NCBI GenBank assembly: GCA_020348985.1
Contig: CP070761.1
Span: 1,521,249 to 1,585,248, forward strand
Length of the DNA stretch: 64,000 bases
DNA from: Candidatus Thorarchaeota archaeon
GTDB lineage: Archaea; Asgardarchaeota; Thorarchaeia; Thorarchaeales; Thorarchaeaceae
Reading direction: 5' to 3'
Shown: positions 40,735-50,756 of the stretch, piece after piece
Layout: every line of letters starts with the position of its first letter
Numbering within the stretch: the first letter of the stretch is position 1
Program-made: the position numbers and the translations under genes
The notes under the pieces: model-generated
The model's database searches: none
What the model was told of the DNA's origin: nothing
What the model saw: the letters and a program-made list of their open reading frames with translations, nothing else

Positions 40735-40762
40735 AGAACAGACAGTATTATCTGTCTGTTCT
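40735..40762 (+). terminator. Intercistronic stem-loop after the substrate-binding protein gene
   Basis: AGAACAGACAG-TATTAT-CTGTCTGTTCT 11-bp stem followed by a T-rich tract. Confidence 0.6.
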
Positions 40763-40813
40763 ATCTATTCTTTTTCTTGTGAAGGTTGTCACGTATAGTT
40801 GAGATGACACAAA

Positions 40814-43546
40814 ATGGGATTGAGAGGAACTGTCGTCAAGAGAATAGTCCAAGCTATCATCACAATCTGGATTGCATTGTCGATTGACTTCATATTCTTC
40901 CATATGCTCCCTGGTAATCCTGCATCACTTCTAGCAAGAAATCCGAACATTGCTGAGATAGTGCAAGAGAGAGTCATTCAGGAGTTTGGGCTCGACCAGC
41001 CCATGCACATTCAATATGGTCTGTTCCTCGTAAACTTCATCTCTGGAAATCTTGGTGTTTCATTTCATTTCCTCGTTCCTGTGCAGGACGTAATATACTC
41101 TAGACTGATGAACACGGTACTCCTAATCTTGCCAGCCACAATTCTGTCCATAATAACTGGCATATGGATAGGCAAGAAAGCGGCGTGGAAAAGAGGAGAG
41201 AAACAGGACGTCGTCGGACTTTTCATATCGCTAGTGACCTATTCGATTCCATCATTTTGGCTGTCAATGTTCTTCATTATGATATTCTCGGTCAACCTAC
41301 ACCTGTTTCCATTGACACCATGGAACCCTGCCATAGGGCCCCAAGACACTTTGGGATTCTGGCTGAACTTGTTCTCTCACCTGGTCTTGCCGTGGGCAGT
41401 GCTGTGGATCGCTCTGATTGGTGTGTTTGCACTAATAATGAGAAATGCTCTCTTGGACGTACTGAGCGAGGACTACATGGTAACGGCGAAAGCTAAAGGA
41501 AGAACCGAGAAAGAACAGCTTGACAAGGAAGCTGTCCCAAATGCAATGATCCCAGTTGCGACCATAATTGCTCTCAATATAGGATTCTCAGTTGCTGGCG
41601 CCCTTCAGGTTGAGGTTGTTTTCTCCTACCCTGGAATTGGAAGACTTCTTTGGGACGGCATACTTTACAGGGACTATCCACTGCTGCAGGCTACTTTCTT
41701 CATGATTACGGTGGTAATTGTCGTTGCCAACCTAATAGCGGATTTCCTGTACTATGCCCTAGATCCCAGAATACGAGTAGGATCGGAGGTCGTCATATCA
41801 GAAGTGAAGAATGATTCTACCCTGAGAGGCTTCCTCCAACCTTTACGTCTACTGCTCATCTTTCTCATAATTCTGAATCTTGGAGCGACTATTGCGTATC
41901 CTGCTTTCGTTGGCTTAACCATAGGTCTCAGCGTATTGGCAATTTGTCTGCTGAGGTGGAAGCAGGTTGGGGAGTATATCCTGACACGTCTAAGATCCTA
42001 TTCTCCAGCGCATCTTGGATTCTTGTGGAGGAATTATCGATACAGACTCCTTACTCACCTGTCGCTTCTTGTCCTTTCAGTCAATCTGATGGTTTTCGTT
42101 GCCATTACGATGTCTGGTGTGTACGGTCTTGAGTGGACTCTTTCATGGGGGAGATCGTTCATAGGCATAGGAGGGTTTCCTCCTTCTATTGGTCTTGAAG
42201 GAGCAGCTCACTCAATCATGGTGGGATTATCTTCAATTGCGCATCCAAGCCTCACAATTGCAGCGCTTGCACTTTCTTTGATTGGCGCGATTATGGGGAG
42301 GAGAAGCAAGACAGAAGGGATGCTTAGGCAGTTCATAGCAACTCCAATGGGAAAGTTCGGAACCATGCTTGTTGCATTCTTTGTCGGTCTTGCCATCTAT
42401 GGTGACATACTTGCACCTTATGATCCAGACCAGCAACTCACTGGCCTGCCATACAGGCGGCCAAGCCCCTTGCCTCTTGATCAGCTAGTACTTGTGTCTG
42501 TAGGATTGGGTTTATTATGTCTTGGATTTGCTATCTGGATTATTGCGTACATTAGAAAGAAACCAAATACTCCAAAGCATTTCACCAAATTGCTTGTCAG
42601 CATAGTGATAGCATTCCTGGGGATTCTCTTAGGGTCTTATTCCTACAGCAAAAACCACCTGCCCGGGATTGTGACTTCTATTGCCATCTTTCTTGTCGGC
42701 GTCTTCCTGTTGTTGAAAAATCGTTCCTTTCCAAGGGATTACATCAGTGAACTGAGAGTTTCATATTTGTCATCGATTTCAGAGAGTTTGGTGACTATCG
42801 GTCTCATATCATTCATGTATTCAGCCTTGGTGGTCATAACTGGGAATCCGACCACATACCCAGGCTTTCACATCCTCGGTACAGACCAATTGGGTAGGGA
42901 TGTTTTCAGCCAGATGGTGATTGGAGTGAGAATAACTCTGATTATTGGCTTGGTTGCAACTGTAATCACAATGACCATAGGAACCATGATAGGACTAATT
43001 GCGGGATACTATGGAGGTCTGTCTGATTCGTTTCTCATGAGATTCACAGATGTCTTCTTTGTCATTCCGACCTTGGTGATAATGATCATACTCGCAGCCA
43101 TACTTCCACCCTCAATCTACACACTCATCTTTGTCATCGGAATATTCTCTTGGCCCTCCACAGCAAGAATTGTCCGTGGACAGGTCTTGACCATAAAGGA
43201 ACGCACCTACATTGAACGTGTGCGATCTGTTGGAGGTAGCGATGTCTATATCATGGCTAGACACGTTCTACCAGCCGTTGCCCCGCTTATCGTCGCAAAT
43301 ACAGTGCTTGTCACTGCCTATGCAATCCTTTCGGAGGTCGTCCTGGACTTCTTCGGGTTGGGCGACCCAAACATGATTAGCTGGGGAACAATGCTCTATC
43401 AGGCCTTTGGCGGGGGTGCTATGTCGAGCAATCTATGGTGGCTTGTGTTTCCACCAGGCATAGCAGTAATCGTGCTTCTGATGGGAGTATCAATGATGGG
43501 TTACGCAATGGATGAGATAGCCAATCCAAGACTGAGGAGGAGGTAA
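40814..43546 (+). CDS. Fused DppB/DppC-type ABC permease with extra TM insertions
   Basis: N-half LPGNP, DYMVTAKAKG, RDYPLLQ, LDPRIR; C-half LGTDQLGRD, LMRFTD, NPRLRRR. Confidence 0.9.
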   Translation: MGLRGTVVKRIVQAIITIWIALSIDFIFFHMLPGNPASLLARNPNIAEIVQERVIQEFGLDQPMHIQYGLFLVNFISGNLGVSFHFLVPVQDVIYSRLMNTVLLILPATILSIITGIWIGKKAAWKRGEKQDVVGLFISLVTYSIPSFWLSMFFIMIFSVNLHLFPLTPWNPAIGPQDTLGFWLNLFSHLVLPWAVLWIALIGVFALIMRNALLDVLSEDYMVTAKAKGRTEKEQLDKEAVPNAMIPVATIIALNIGFSVAGALQVEVVFSYPGIGRLLWDGILYRDYPLLQATFFMITVVIVVANLIADFLYYALDPRIRVGSEVVISEVKNDSTLRGFLQPLRLLLIFLIILNLGATIAYPAFVGLTIGLSVLAICLLRWKQVGEYILTRLRSYSPAHLGFLWRNYRYRLLTHLSLLVLSVNLMVFVAITMSGVYGLEWTLSWGRSFIGIGGFPPSIGLEGAAHSIMVGLSSIAHPSLTIAALALSLIGAIMGRRSKTEGMLRQFIATPMGKFGTMLVAFFVGLAIYGDILAPYDPDQQLTGLPYRRPSPLPLDQLVLVSVGLGLLCLGFAIWIIAYIRKKPNTPKHFTKLLVSIVIAFLGILLGSYSYSKNHLPGIVTSIAIFLVGVFLLLKNRSFPRDYISELRVSYLSSISESLVTIGLISFMYSALVVITGNPTTYPGFHILGTDQLGRDVFSQMVIGVRITLIIGLVATVITMTIGTMIGLIAGYYGGLSDSFLMRFTDVFFVIPTLVIMIILAAILPPSIYTLIFVIGIFSWPSTARIVRGQVLTIKERTYIERVRSVGGSDVYIMARHVLPAVAPLIVANTVLVTAYAILSEVVLDFFGLGDPNMISWGTMLYQAFGGGAMSSNLWWLVFPPGIAVIVLLMGVSMMGYAMDEIANPRLRRR

Positions 43547-43551
43547 GCAAC

Positions 43552-44511
43552 ATGACCGAGGACGTCTTGGAGATAAGAAACCTGTACATTTCGTATCAAA
43601 CTAAGCAAGGAAAAGTTAAGGCTGCCGAAGATGTCAGCTTCAAGATTCGCTGCGGCGACTTCGTTGGTCTTAGTGGGGAGAGTGGATGCGGAAAAACAAC
43701 GACTGCACTGGCGGTTATGCATCTTCTACCAAAAGAAGGGATCGTTGAAGGTGGTGAAATACTCTTCAACGGTAGAAACGTTCTCGAATACAAAGACCAA
43801 GAAGTCCGTGAATACTTGTGGCGCGATGTTTCCATGATCTTTCAAGGTGCCATGAATGCACTTAATCCGGTTCACAAGGTCATCGACCAAATGACAACTG
43901 CCATCCAGATTCACGAGGGTGTGTCTCATGAGGAAGCGAGAGAACGTTCTTTGGAGCTTATAGACTCTGTTGGAATCGATATTGCAAGAGCCGGTGGTTA
44001 CCCTCATGAAATGAGTGGGGGTATGAAACAAAGACTGATGATTGCTCTTGCACTAGTATGCCATCCATCTCTTGTCATAGCAGATGAGCCCACTACCGCA
44101 TTAGACGTAATGGTGCAAGCCCAGATTCTGGAGCTGCTGAAACAACTCAGAAACAGGACCAATCTATCCCTTCTTCTCATCACACATGATTTGTCAGTTA
44201 TTGCTGAAACCTGTGACCACACTATCATTATGTATGCGGGACGAATTGTCGAAATGGGGAGTACTTCGAAGATCTTCAGTGACCCAGAGCATCCCTATAC
44301 AATGAAGCTAATCTCGTCATTCCCAAGTATACTATCAGACAAGGGAATTGACTACATACCAGGAAATCCTCCTGACTTGATCAACCCTCCAAGTGGGTGT
44401 AGGTTCCATCCCAGATGTGATTTCACCATTAATCAATGTAAGGAGAATTCTCCACCGCTAGAAGAACAAGACAATCATCTTGTAGCCTGTTGGAGGAGAA
44501 GTGATATCTAG
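43552..44511 (+). CDS. Peptide ABC transporter ATP-binding subunit (DppD-type)
   Basis: GESGCGKT, MSGGMKQR, DEPTTALD, C-terminal GCRFHPRC. Confidence 0.93.
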   Translation: MTEDVLEIRNLYISYQTKQGKVKAAEDVSFKIRCGDFVGLSGESGCGKTTTALAVMHLLPKEGIVEGGEILFNGRNVLEYKDQEVREYLWRDVSMIFQGAMNALNPVHKVIDQMTTAIQIHEGVSHEEARERSLELIDSVGIDIARAGGYPHEMSGGMKQRLMIALALVCHPSLVIADEPTTALDVMVQAQILELLKQLRNRTNLSLLLITHDLSVIAETCDHTIIMYAGRIVEMGSTSKIFSDPEHPYTMKLISSFPSILSDKGIDYIPGNPPDLINPPSGCRFHPRCDFTINQCKENSPPLEEQDNHLVACWRRSDI

Positions 44512-45524
44512 TGTCAGATGTCATTCTCGAAGCCAAGGACATTAAGAAATACTTCACAGTAAGAAGTGGACTCCTCGCTACTATTCTTCTCAACAGGGAG
44601 CCAACTTACATTAAAGCTGTGGACGGGGTCGACCTCAGTATCCGAAGAGGTGAGGTCTTCGCCATTGCAGGAGAAAGTGGGTGTGGCAAGACTACAATGG
44701 CGAGGTTGATGGTCCAACTGGAGTTACTGACAGACGGCCAGATATTCTTCGAGGGAGAAGAGGTCTCGAAGATGAATCAATCTGAGTTCAAGCCATATCG
44801 GCGAAGAATACAGATGATCTTCCAGGACCCCTATGGGGCACTCAGTAATAACATGACAATCTCAGAAGTGATAGCAGAACCTCTTAGAATACACAAGATA
44901 TACAGTAGCCCTCAAGAAGAGGAAGAGGCTGTCAGGCAGGCAATGGAGGATGTGGGATTAAGACCAGCAGAGGATTTTGTGGACAGGTTGCCGCACGAAT
45001 TGAGTGGAGGTCAGAGACAACGAGTTGCAGTGGCGGCTGCCCTCGTACTAAAACCAGACCTGTTGATTGCAGATGAGCCCGTTTCAATGCTCGATGTCTC
45101 TATGCGTGGTCAGATTCTCAACCTTCTGTTGGAACTGAGAGACAAGAAGGGAATCACGATCGTGATCATAACACACAACCTTGCTGTTGCCAAGCAGATT
45201 TCTGATCGAATTGCAGTTGCGTATCTTGGGAAGATTGTTGAAATAGGTGACACCAGAACGATCATCGAGAATCCTAAGCATGCCTATACAAAGGCTCTAC
45301 TCTCAGTTGTTCCAGTGCCAGAAATGAACGTTGAGAGAGAGCGAATACTCCTTTCGGGCGAAACTCCGAATCCTGTGAATATCCCACCAGGATGCCGCTT
45401 TCACACTAGATGTCCATTCGGGTCGTCTCGTTGTGAAGTTGATGAACCAGAGCTACGTGAACTTCCTGATGGCAGAAGAGTCGCCTGCTATGATGCACAA
45501 GAAGAAGCGATCTGCCATAGCTAG
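44511..45524 (+). CDS. Peptide ABC transporter ATP-binding subunit (DppF-type)
   Basis: GESGCGKT, LSGGQRQR, DEPVSMLD, GCRFHTRC. Confidence 0.93.
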   Translation: MSDVILEAKDIKKYFTVRSGLLATILLNREPTYIKAVDGVDLSIRRGEVFAIAGESGCGKTTMARLMVQLELLTDGQIFFEGEEVSKMNQSEFKPYRRRIQMIFQDPYGALSNNMTISEVIAEPLRIHKIYSSPQEEEEAVRQAMEDVGLRPAEDFVDRLPHELSGGQRQRVAVAAALVLKPDLLIADEPVSMLDVSMRGQILNLLLELRDKKGITIVIITHNLAVAKQISDRIAVAYLGKIVEIGDTRTIIENPKHAYTKALLSVVPVPEMNVERERILLSGETPNPVNIPPGCRFHTRCPFGSSRCEVDEPELRELPDGRRVACYDAQEEAICHS

Positions 45525-46658
45525 CTACTTGCTGGGGTACTTGCGTCCAACCTCTCGCGCTTTCGTGAAATGCAATACTGCCGATGCCACACCCTCTTCC
45601 CTGGATATCTCCTCTATCTTTTCGAGGGCTAGGAGTGATCTGAGTAATTTCATGGAAAGGTCCTTCATAGGAGCCGTCCTACTTCTGATTTGAACACGCA
45701 TCATATCTCCGTCGGCAGAGACATTGGACCATTCCCAAAGCCCTAGTGTTCCAATCACTGAGACTGTGCGGTCTACTAGATTGGAGACACTAGACGTGTC
45801 CTTCTCACCATTGATGACGTCGAGTTGTTGTGCATGCTCTCTGATGCTAACAAGCGTCTTGTCACTAATCGGATCCTCTATCGTGTTGGTGACAAGCCAA
45901 TCTAGAAGAGAAGGACTTAGTGTGACGACACCTCGATGACCTGTCTGTGAAGAAAGCCGCTCTCTTCGGTCTCGCCACAACGTGATGACACGTCTGTCTC
46001 TTTCAATCTTCACCTGATTGTACTCATTCTGGTGGATCCACGTGACACTTATCTTGTTGTCAGCTACGATCTCTACATCAAAAGTGAACCCAGCTTCCTC
46101 CCATCCTGCAATCAGCATTATGACAAGTAGCTCAGGTAGCCCCTGAAACATACCTGTTGTGAGGAGAAGTCTCTTCCTCTCGGATGAACATTCAACTGAC
46201 CTAAGGACTCCAACATCTCTAAGGAAGTTCGCATTGGCAACAAGCGATTCGTAATTGTTCTCCCAGAACTCCTCTGGAATTACACCCACACTCATGAGCA
46301 GCTTGGTTTGCTCAATCCCAATCTTCTTGGCCTCCAATGTTAAGTCTCTAACGGAATGGGTGCCTAGACCGCAGCCAGCGCACAGCGATAATAGATTTGA
46401 GCTGACTAGTATCATGTCAGCGGATTGAATGAGGGAATTGTGTAGGCGTGATGTCTTGATGGCATCGCACTCTTCACAATTGGGGAGATCTCTTCTTGTG
46501 CTGTAATGCTTCACAGCTTCTTCAAGAACATCATTGATGCGTCTCGAGTCACTTGAGAGTTCCTTCAAAAGATTCTTGGTGCTGGCGGAGACTGTAGTAT
46601 GTAGATGCACTCTCGGTTCACGAGACCCATTATAGTCATGTGAGTCCATAACATCCAT
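45525..46658 (-). CDS. Putative transcription regulator: N-terminal ribbon-helix-helix, CxxC, two tandem alpha/beta putative ligand-binding domains
   Basis: RVHLHTTVSASTKNLLKEL...INDVLEEAV RHH pattern; start moved to ATG 46658 (or 46649) because the track's N-terminal extension is occupied by regulon hexamers. Confidence 0.6.
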   Translation of the reverse strand: MDVMDSHDYNGSREPRVHLHTTVSASTKNLLKELSSDSRRINDVLEEAVKHYSTRRDLPNCEECDAIKTSRLHNSLIQSADMILVSSNLLSLCAGCGLGTHSVRDLTLEAKKIGIEQTKLLMSVGVIPEEFWENNYESLVANANFLRDVGVLRSVECSSERKRLLLTTGMFQGLPELLVIMLIAGWEEAGFTFDVEIVADNKISVTWIHQNEYNQVKIERDRRVITLWRDRRERLSSQTGHRGVVTLSPSLLDWLVTNTIEDPISDKTLVSIREHAQQLDVINGEKDTSSVSNLVDRTVSVIGTLGLWEWSNVSADGDMMRVQIRSRTAPMKDLSMKLLRSLLALEKIEEISREEGVASAVLHFTKAREVGRKYPSK

Positions 46659-46797
46659 GAACAAACCCACCGGTTCGTGTTCAAGACATCTATTCCAGTT
46701 ATAGATTCGTGAACATAAGCATTCCGAAGCAGTGAGGTTTGTTGAATCTTTGAACAAGGTCATGACGAAGTGTCTTTCTCATGTGCACCCTTGTTCA
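46658..46797 (-). promoter_or_regulatory. Cluster of regulon hexamers including degenerate 47-bp copy F (46751-46797)
   Basis: Hexamers at 46658, 46678, 46710, 46751, 46782, 46792; minus strand TGAACA-N4-TGCACA-N25-TGTTCA keeps the consensus spacing. Confidence 0.62.
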
Positions 46798-48417
46798 TTC
46801 GTGAAGGTGGTCGCCCATGAGAGTCCCACGAATGAAGAATTTCTCAAATTCACCGTATGAGGCTAATTCTACATATCGAGCAGAATCCGCAATTTCTTCT
46901 GCTATCTCCCTATGAGCTATTGACAACAGCATCTTCTTTGCACCGTCTCCGGCTGCGTTGCCAACTTGAACAACACGATTCGGATCAATGGCGGGCAAGA
47001 GTCCAATGGAGACTGCGCTTTCGGGATTGATGTATGTCCCAAATGCTCCAGCTAGATAGACAGCGTCGATTTCCGTCAATGCAACATCTGCCTCTCTAAT
47101 GAGGATGTGAGTGCCTGCTAGGATTGCGCTCTTGGCAAGTTGGACTTGACGAACATCCTTTTGCGTGAACAATATTCGAGACTCAGAGTCATGCTCCCCC
47201 TTCTCGACAAGGACATAGGACGCCACCGACGGACCTACATGAATGATTCGATTCGACTCCTGCAATCTTCCGTCTTCGTCAAGCAAGCTATGCTTGAGTA
47301 GTTCTGAGACAATATCTACTATTCCCGATCCGCATATTCCTCTGGGTACACCGCCGCCGATTACTTCAATCTCGGCAGGCTGAGAAGGATCATCGATTGT
47401 AACATGTTCAATCGCACCTTCCTGACCTCTCATTCCCTGAGATATCGTAGCCCCTTCGAATGCAGATCCGGCTGCAGCTGAACAGCAAAAGAGCTCACCG
47501 TATTTGGACAACACAATCTCACCATTGGTTCCAATATCAGCACCGAGAACAACATCTTCAGACTGGTCGAGCCTCTGCGAAAGAATGAACGCTACGGTGT
47601 CCCCTCCCACAAATCCAGCGATATTCGGTGAGCAATAGACTTGGGCGGCCGAAACTTGGCCAAGCCCAACAACCTTTGAATCGGCGTTGAATGAATGTTT
47701 CATTGCTGGTTCATATGGGGCAAAGCCTAATGACGAAGTGTCTATTCCCAAGAATAGGTGATGCATTGCTGTGTTACCAACTACGGAGATTCGGCCAACT
47801 GCTTCAGAGGAAACCTGGCCTGCTTCGCATACTTCCTTAATCAGTCCGTCGATCGCTTGAACGACCAAGGACTGAAGACTGGCTGCACCCTCATCATTCT
47901 GTAAGGCATGAGTGATTCTTGTGACTACGTCCTCACCATATTCAATTTGAGGGTTGAGCATAGAAGCGCATCCAATCTGTGCCCCGTCCTTCAAGCCAAG
48001 AAGATAGGCAACAATAGTAGTAGTGCCAAGGTCAATGGCAACGCCATATTCACCGTCGATGGGCGCGTCAATAGCAATCTCATCGGTTGTGATTAGATGT
48101 TCAGCAAGAATCTTACTTCGACCTTCAACACGTGTCAGAATCGCTCTACAATGGGCCTTTGCTGTGTGTTCACAAGCAAGACGAACTCCGCGTCTGATAT
48201 CTTCGCCTTTGAGGTGAAGCGAGTCGATCTTGGTCGGCGATGGTTTGGGCTTAAGTATGATTCTACACTTGCCACATGTTCCTTTGCCTCCGCACTCAGC
48301 CGGTATATGCAAACCCATTCTTCTTGCTGCCTCTAGAAAAGAAGTATTGGAGTCCAAAAGGATTCGTAGCCCTGAAGGCTCGAATACTACTAACCACCTC
48401 TCTTCCAAGAATGTCAC
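46795..48417 (-). CDS. Reductive activator of corrinoid proteins (RACo; 2Fe-2S + ASKHA/DUF4445)
   Basis: CGGKGTCGKC...RLAC, DLGTTT, GNTAMHHL, DIGTNGE, GICGSG, QLAKSAI, LAGAFG, GNAAG. Confidence 0.92.
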   Translation of the reverse strand: MTFLEERWLVVFEPSGLRILLDSNTSFLEAARRMGLHIPAECGGKGTCGKCRIILKPKPSPTKIDSLHLKGEDIRRGVRLACEHTAKAHCRAILTRVEGRSKILAEHLITTDEIAIDAPIDGEYGVAIDLGTTTIVAYLLGLKDGAQIGCASMLNPQIEYGEDVVTRITHALQNDEGAASLQSLVVQAIDGLIKEVCEAGQVSSEAVGRISVVGNTAMHHLFLGIDTSSLGFAPYEPAMKHSFNADSKVVGLGQVSAAQVYCSPNIAGFVGGDTVAFILSQRLDQSEDVVLGADIGTNGEIVLSKYGELFCCSAAAGSAFEGATISQGMRGQEGAIEHVTIDDPSQPAEIEVIGGGVPRGICGSGIVDIVSELLKHSLLDEDGRLQESNRIIHVGPSVASYVLVEKGEHDSESRILFTQKDVRQVQLAKSAILAGTHILIREADVALTEIDAVYLAGAFGTYINPESAVSIGLLPAIDPNRVVQVGNAAGDGAKKMLLSIAHREIAEEIADSARYVELASYGEFEKFFIRGTLMGDHLHE

Positions 48418-49323
48418 CTAACTTATCCTGTAACGAGGATGTGTCTTGTCAATGGGGGTTCGAGTTTCAAGCAAAATACCCGATAGCGCTACATCAATCA
48501 TTGCAATAGACGGGTAGACAATTGGTGCATCTTGTACCGGGCCGTACAGGACAAAGTCAGCCCCTAAGACAACAGGCATCAGATTGGATCCGACGAAAGC
48601 AGGCTTTTTCGCTTCATCTCCAAACTTCGGAACCAACCCCCTCCAAGTACTAACAGCATTGTGTGCGCCGCAGCCAACAGGGTATCCTTGTTTTTCTTTG
48701 ATAGTTTGTAGTGCTTTACAAGCTAGGCCTAGAGTGAGTAGGTCTGCAACACCTGTGTCGATGAGCAAGTTTGTGAAACCAGAATTCTTTGCTTTTTTTA
48801 TTAGGGAATCAGCCAATTCAACTCTCTTCGTGGCTGATGCCATGGCTTCTGACGAGAAAGTGAGAAGCACTACATTCTTGAGGCCAGTATCCTGGAACCG
48901 GGAATAGACTTCGCCTGAAGATTCAGGAGTCAGGGAATTCAAAACCACTCTATGAAGAAGACCAGCATCGCTTGCAGCATTCACACCGGCAAGATTGACT
49001 GCTGTTTGGTCTGATCCATCAATCATGAGTGGAGAATCTGTCATGTCGGCTAGCAATCGGATGTATCTGTCGGCTGCCTCTGGAGATATCGCAACGACAT
49101 CTAACATGCTGGGCAATCCGGTCTTTTCAGAAGTCTCCTCCAAATTCTGGAGGACATCCTCTGTTCCCGCTACATCAATTCTGCCCGATTTGGGATCTAA
49201 AACGAGTCTGTCACCTGTGTAGAAAATTGACCCTACTAGGACTGTGGGATTGACACCAGGTTGTCCACCTATCTTTACTCCACCGATTTCAAGTATCTTT
49301 TGTTCGACTTGATATTCGAACAA
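48418..49323 (-). CDS. mtrH: MtrH-like methylcorrinoid:H4MPT methyltransferase (soluble, no other Mtr subunits)
   Basis: IGGVKIGGQPG..PTVLVGSIFY, GCGAHNA, GADFVLYGP; TTG 49323 preceded by GGAGGTGA. Confidence 0.85.
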   Translation of the reverse strand: MFEYQVEQKILEIGGVKIGGQPGVNPTVLVGSIFYTGDRLVLDPKSGRIDVAGTEDVLQNLEETSEKTGLPSMLDVVAISPEAADRYIRLLADMTDSPLMIDGSDQTAVNLAGVNAASDAGLLHRVVLNSLTPESSGEVYSRFQDTGLKNVVLLTFSSEAMASATKRVELADSLIKKAKNSGFTNLLIDTGVADLLTLGLACKALQTIKEKQGYPVGCGAHNAVSTWRGLVPKFGDEAKKPAFVGSNLMPVVLGADFVLYGPVQDAPIVYPSIAMIDVALSGILLETRTPIDKTHPRYRIS

Positions 49324-49372
49324 GGGTCTCACCTCCAATAATGAGCGTCGACGCGACCCCACGTTAGATTGA

Positions 49373-50752
49373 TTAATAGAGGAATCTCACACCGAGGTCC
49401 GCAACCTCTTGCTTCACTCTTTCATATATCTCGTAGCACTCCTTTGAAGGTCTACCGGTCACAGGATCACAGCACTCTTGGAACGTTTTGCCCCTTGGTG
49501 GGTCACCAACCCTGTCAGCAAATCTCGGGATGATTCTCTTTACAATCTCGTTTGCATCATCCCTTGTGATACCAGCAGACGCGTAGGCAACCTCCGAGGC
49601 GAACATTGGCTCAATTGGTGTCAGATAATCTGTGTACTTCCCTCTGGCAACGCCTCCGGTCTCAATTGACCCTCCTGAAGATATTCCGCCAATGAATTCT
49701 GCAGCAAACTCGTAAAGCACCATCTCGGTACAGGGGCCCGCAGCAGTGTAGTTGTAATATAGCGCTGGCACCTGTGTATTCCTTGACACAGCCTGCAGGT
49801 ATTGGCTGGCCACCCAGATTAGCTCTGGTGTGGAACTTGAGGTATACTTGAGGTGGATCGGGAAGCACAGTGTCCAGGATGCGCCAAGGGTCATTATTGC
49901 CATTATGTGAAAAGCCGTGGACGTGATTGCTGTTCCTTCTGCTCCCCCTGCAAAGCCACCATAGATGGGACCATGAATCCCTGCGATTGGAACATTCAGT
50001 GATTGTAGAAGTGCTGCACGATTCAGCAAATCAAAATCTGTCTTTAGCTCAGCAAGCTGAGCAATCATGTATCCGTCTGTCTTCCGTAGTCCAAAATCGG
50101 GATGCAAACCTGAAGCAAGGGCGATAGCGGACTCTGCGGTCCCAATAGCATTCATGATGGGTAGTCCAGGTCGCCCAGCTCTTCTCAAAGCCTCCCGCCC
50201 CAGAACCACAGTTCGTATACTACCCTCGATTTCGAGTGGTGATTTCGCACGAATGCTCATATCGCCGACATTAGCCAGGCAGGGAGTGGTAATCGCGTTT
50301 GCAATCGGTATCAGTTCTGCATAGTTTTGAACAAGTTTCATGAACACGTTCTCACTAGACACAGTTACCCCCCCGGCCCCTGCGAAAATCCATGGTTTCT
50401 CCTTTGACTCTGGCTTCCTTGGTAGCAGAGTTCGTTGTTCCATACCCTCGCCCAGAAGTGCATGGTCAAAGGATGTGTTGATGCTGTCACGAACCTCCTT
50501 CTCTGTGAACGAGATTACTCGTTCAGTGTCCTTGTTGAATACTCCGATCTCGACGATAAGGTCAAAAGCTGCTTTGAATACTGAATCTGCTAGCCCGTCA
50601 TCAGAGGAAATCACGATGTTAGGATCGTACGTGACATCATATTCTTTAACAAGCTCTTGGACTCGCGGAGCAAAGATTCGCAAATCGTAGTCCTTTTCCA
50701 AGCAGGGCTTTCCTTCAAGAGACCTTCGAGTAATCTCCAGTATGTTCAGCAT
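49373..50752 (-). CDS. mtmB: Monomethylamine:corrinoid methyltransferase (MtmB) family homolog, non-pyrrolysine
   Basis: DDGLADSVFKAA, DTERVI, SPLE, AGRPG, ELK, GGFAGGAEG, AGPCTEM, F.ECCD; 459 aa uninterrupted, no in-frame TAG. Confidence 0.85.
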   Translation of the reverse strand: MLNILEITRRSLEGKPCLEKDYDLRIFAPRVQELVKEYDVTYDPNIVISSDDGLADSVFKAAFDLIVEIGVFNKDTERVISFTEKEVRDSINTSFDHALLGEGMEQRTLLPRKPESKEKPWIFAGAGGVTVSSENVFMKLVQNYAELIPIANAITTPCLANVGDMSIRAKSPLEIEGSIRTVVLGREALRRAGRPGLPIMNAIGTAESAIALASGLHPDFGLRKTDGYMIAQLAELKTDFDLLNRAALLQSLNVPIAGIHGPIYGGFAGGAEGTAITSTAFHIMAIMTLGASWTLCFPIHLKYTSSSTPELIWVASQYLQAVSRNTQVPALYYNYTAAGPCTEMVLYEFAAEFIGGISSGGSIETGGVARGKYTDYLTPIEPMFASEVAYASAGITRDDANEIVKRIIPRFADRVGDPPRGKTFQECCDPVTGRPSKECYEIYERVKQEVADLGVRFLY

Positions 50753-50756
50753 TCAC

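Noticed and set aside
48418-49323. MtrH and mtd as evidence of methanogenesis
   Set aside because: No mtrA-G or mcr genes are present here; stand-alone MtrH-like proteins act as soluble methylcorrinoid:pterin methyltransferases.
49373-50752. Pyrrolysine (UAG) readthrough in the methyltransferase
   Set aside because: The ORF is full-length with no in-frame TAG, and no pyl genes are in the window.
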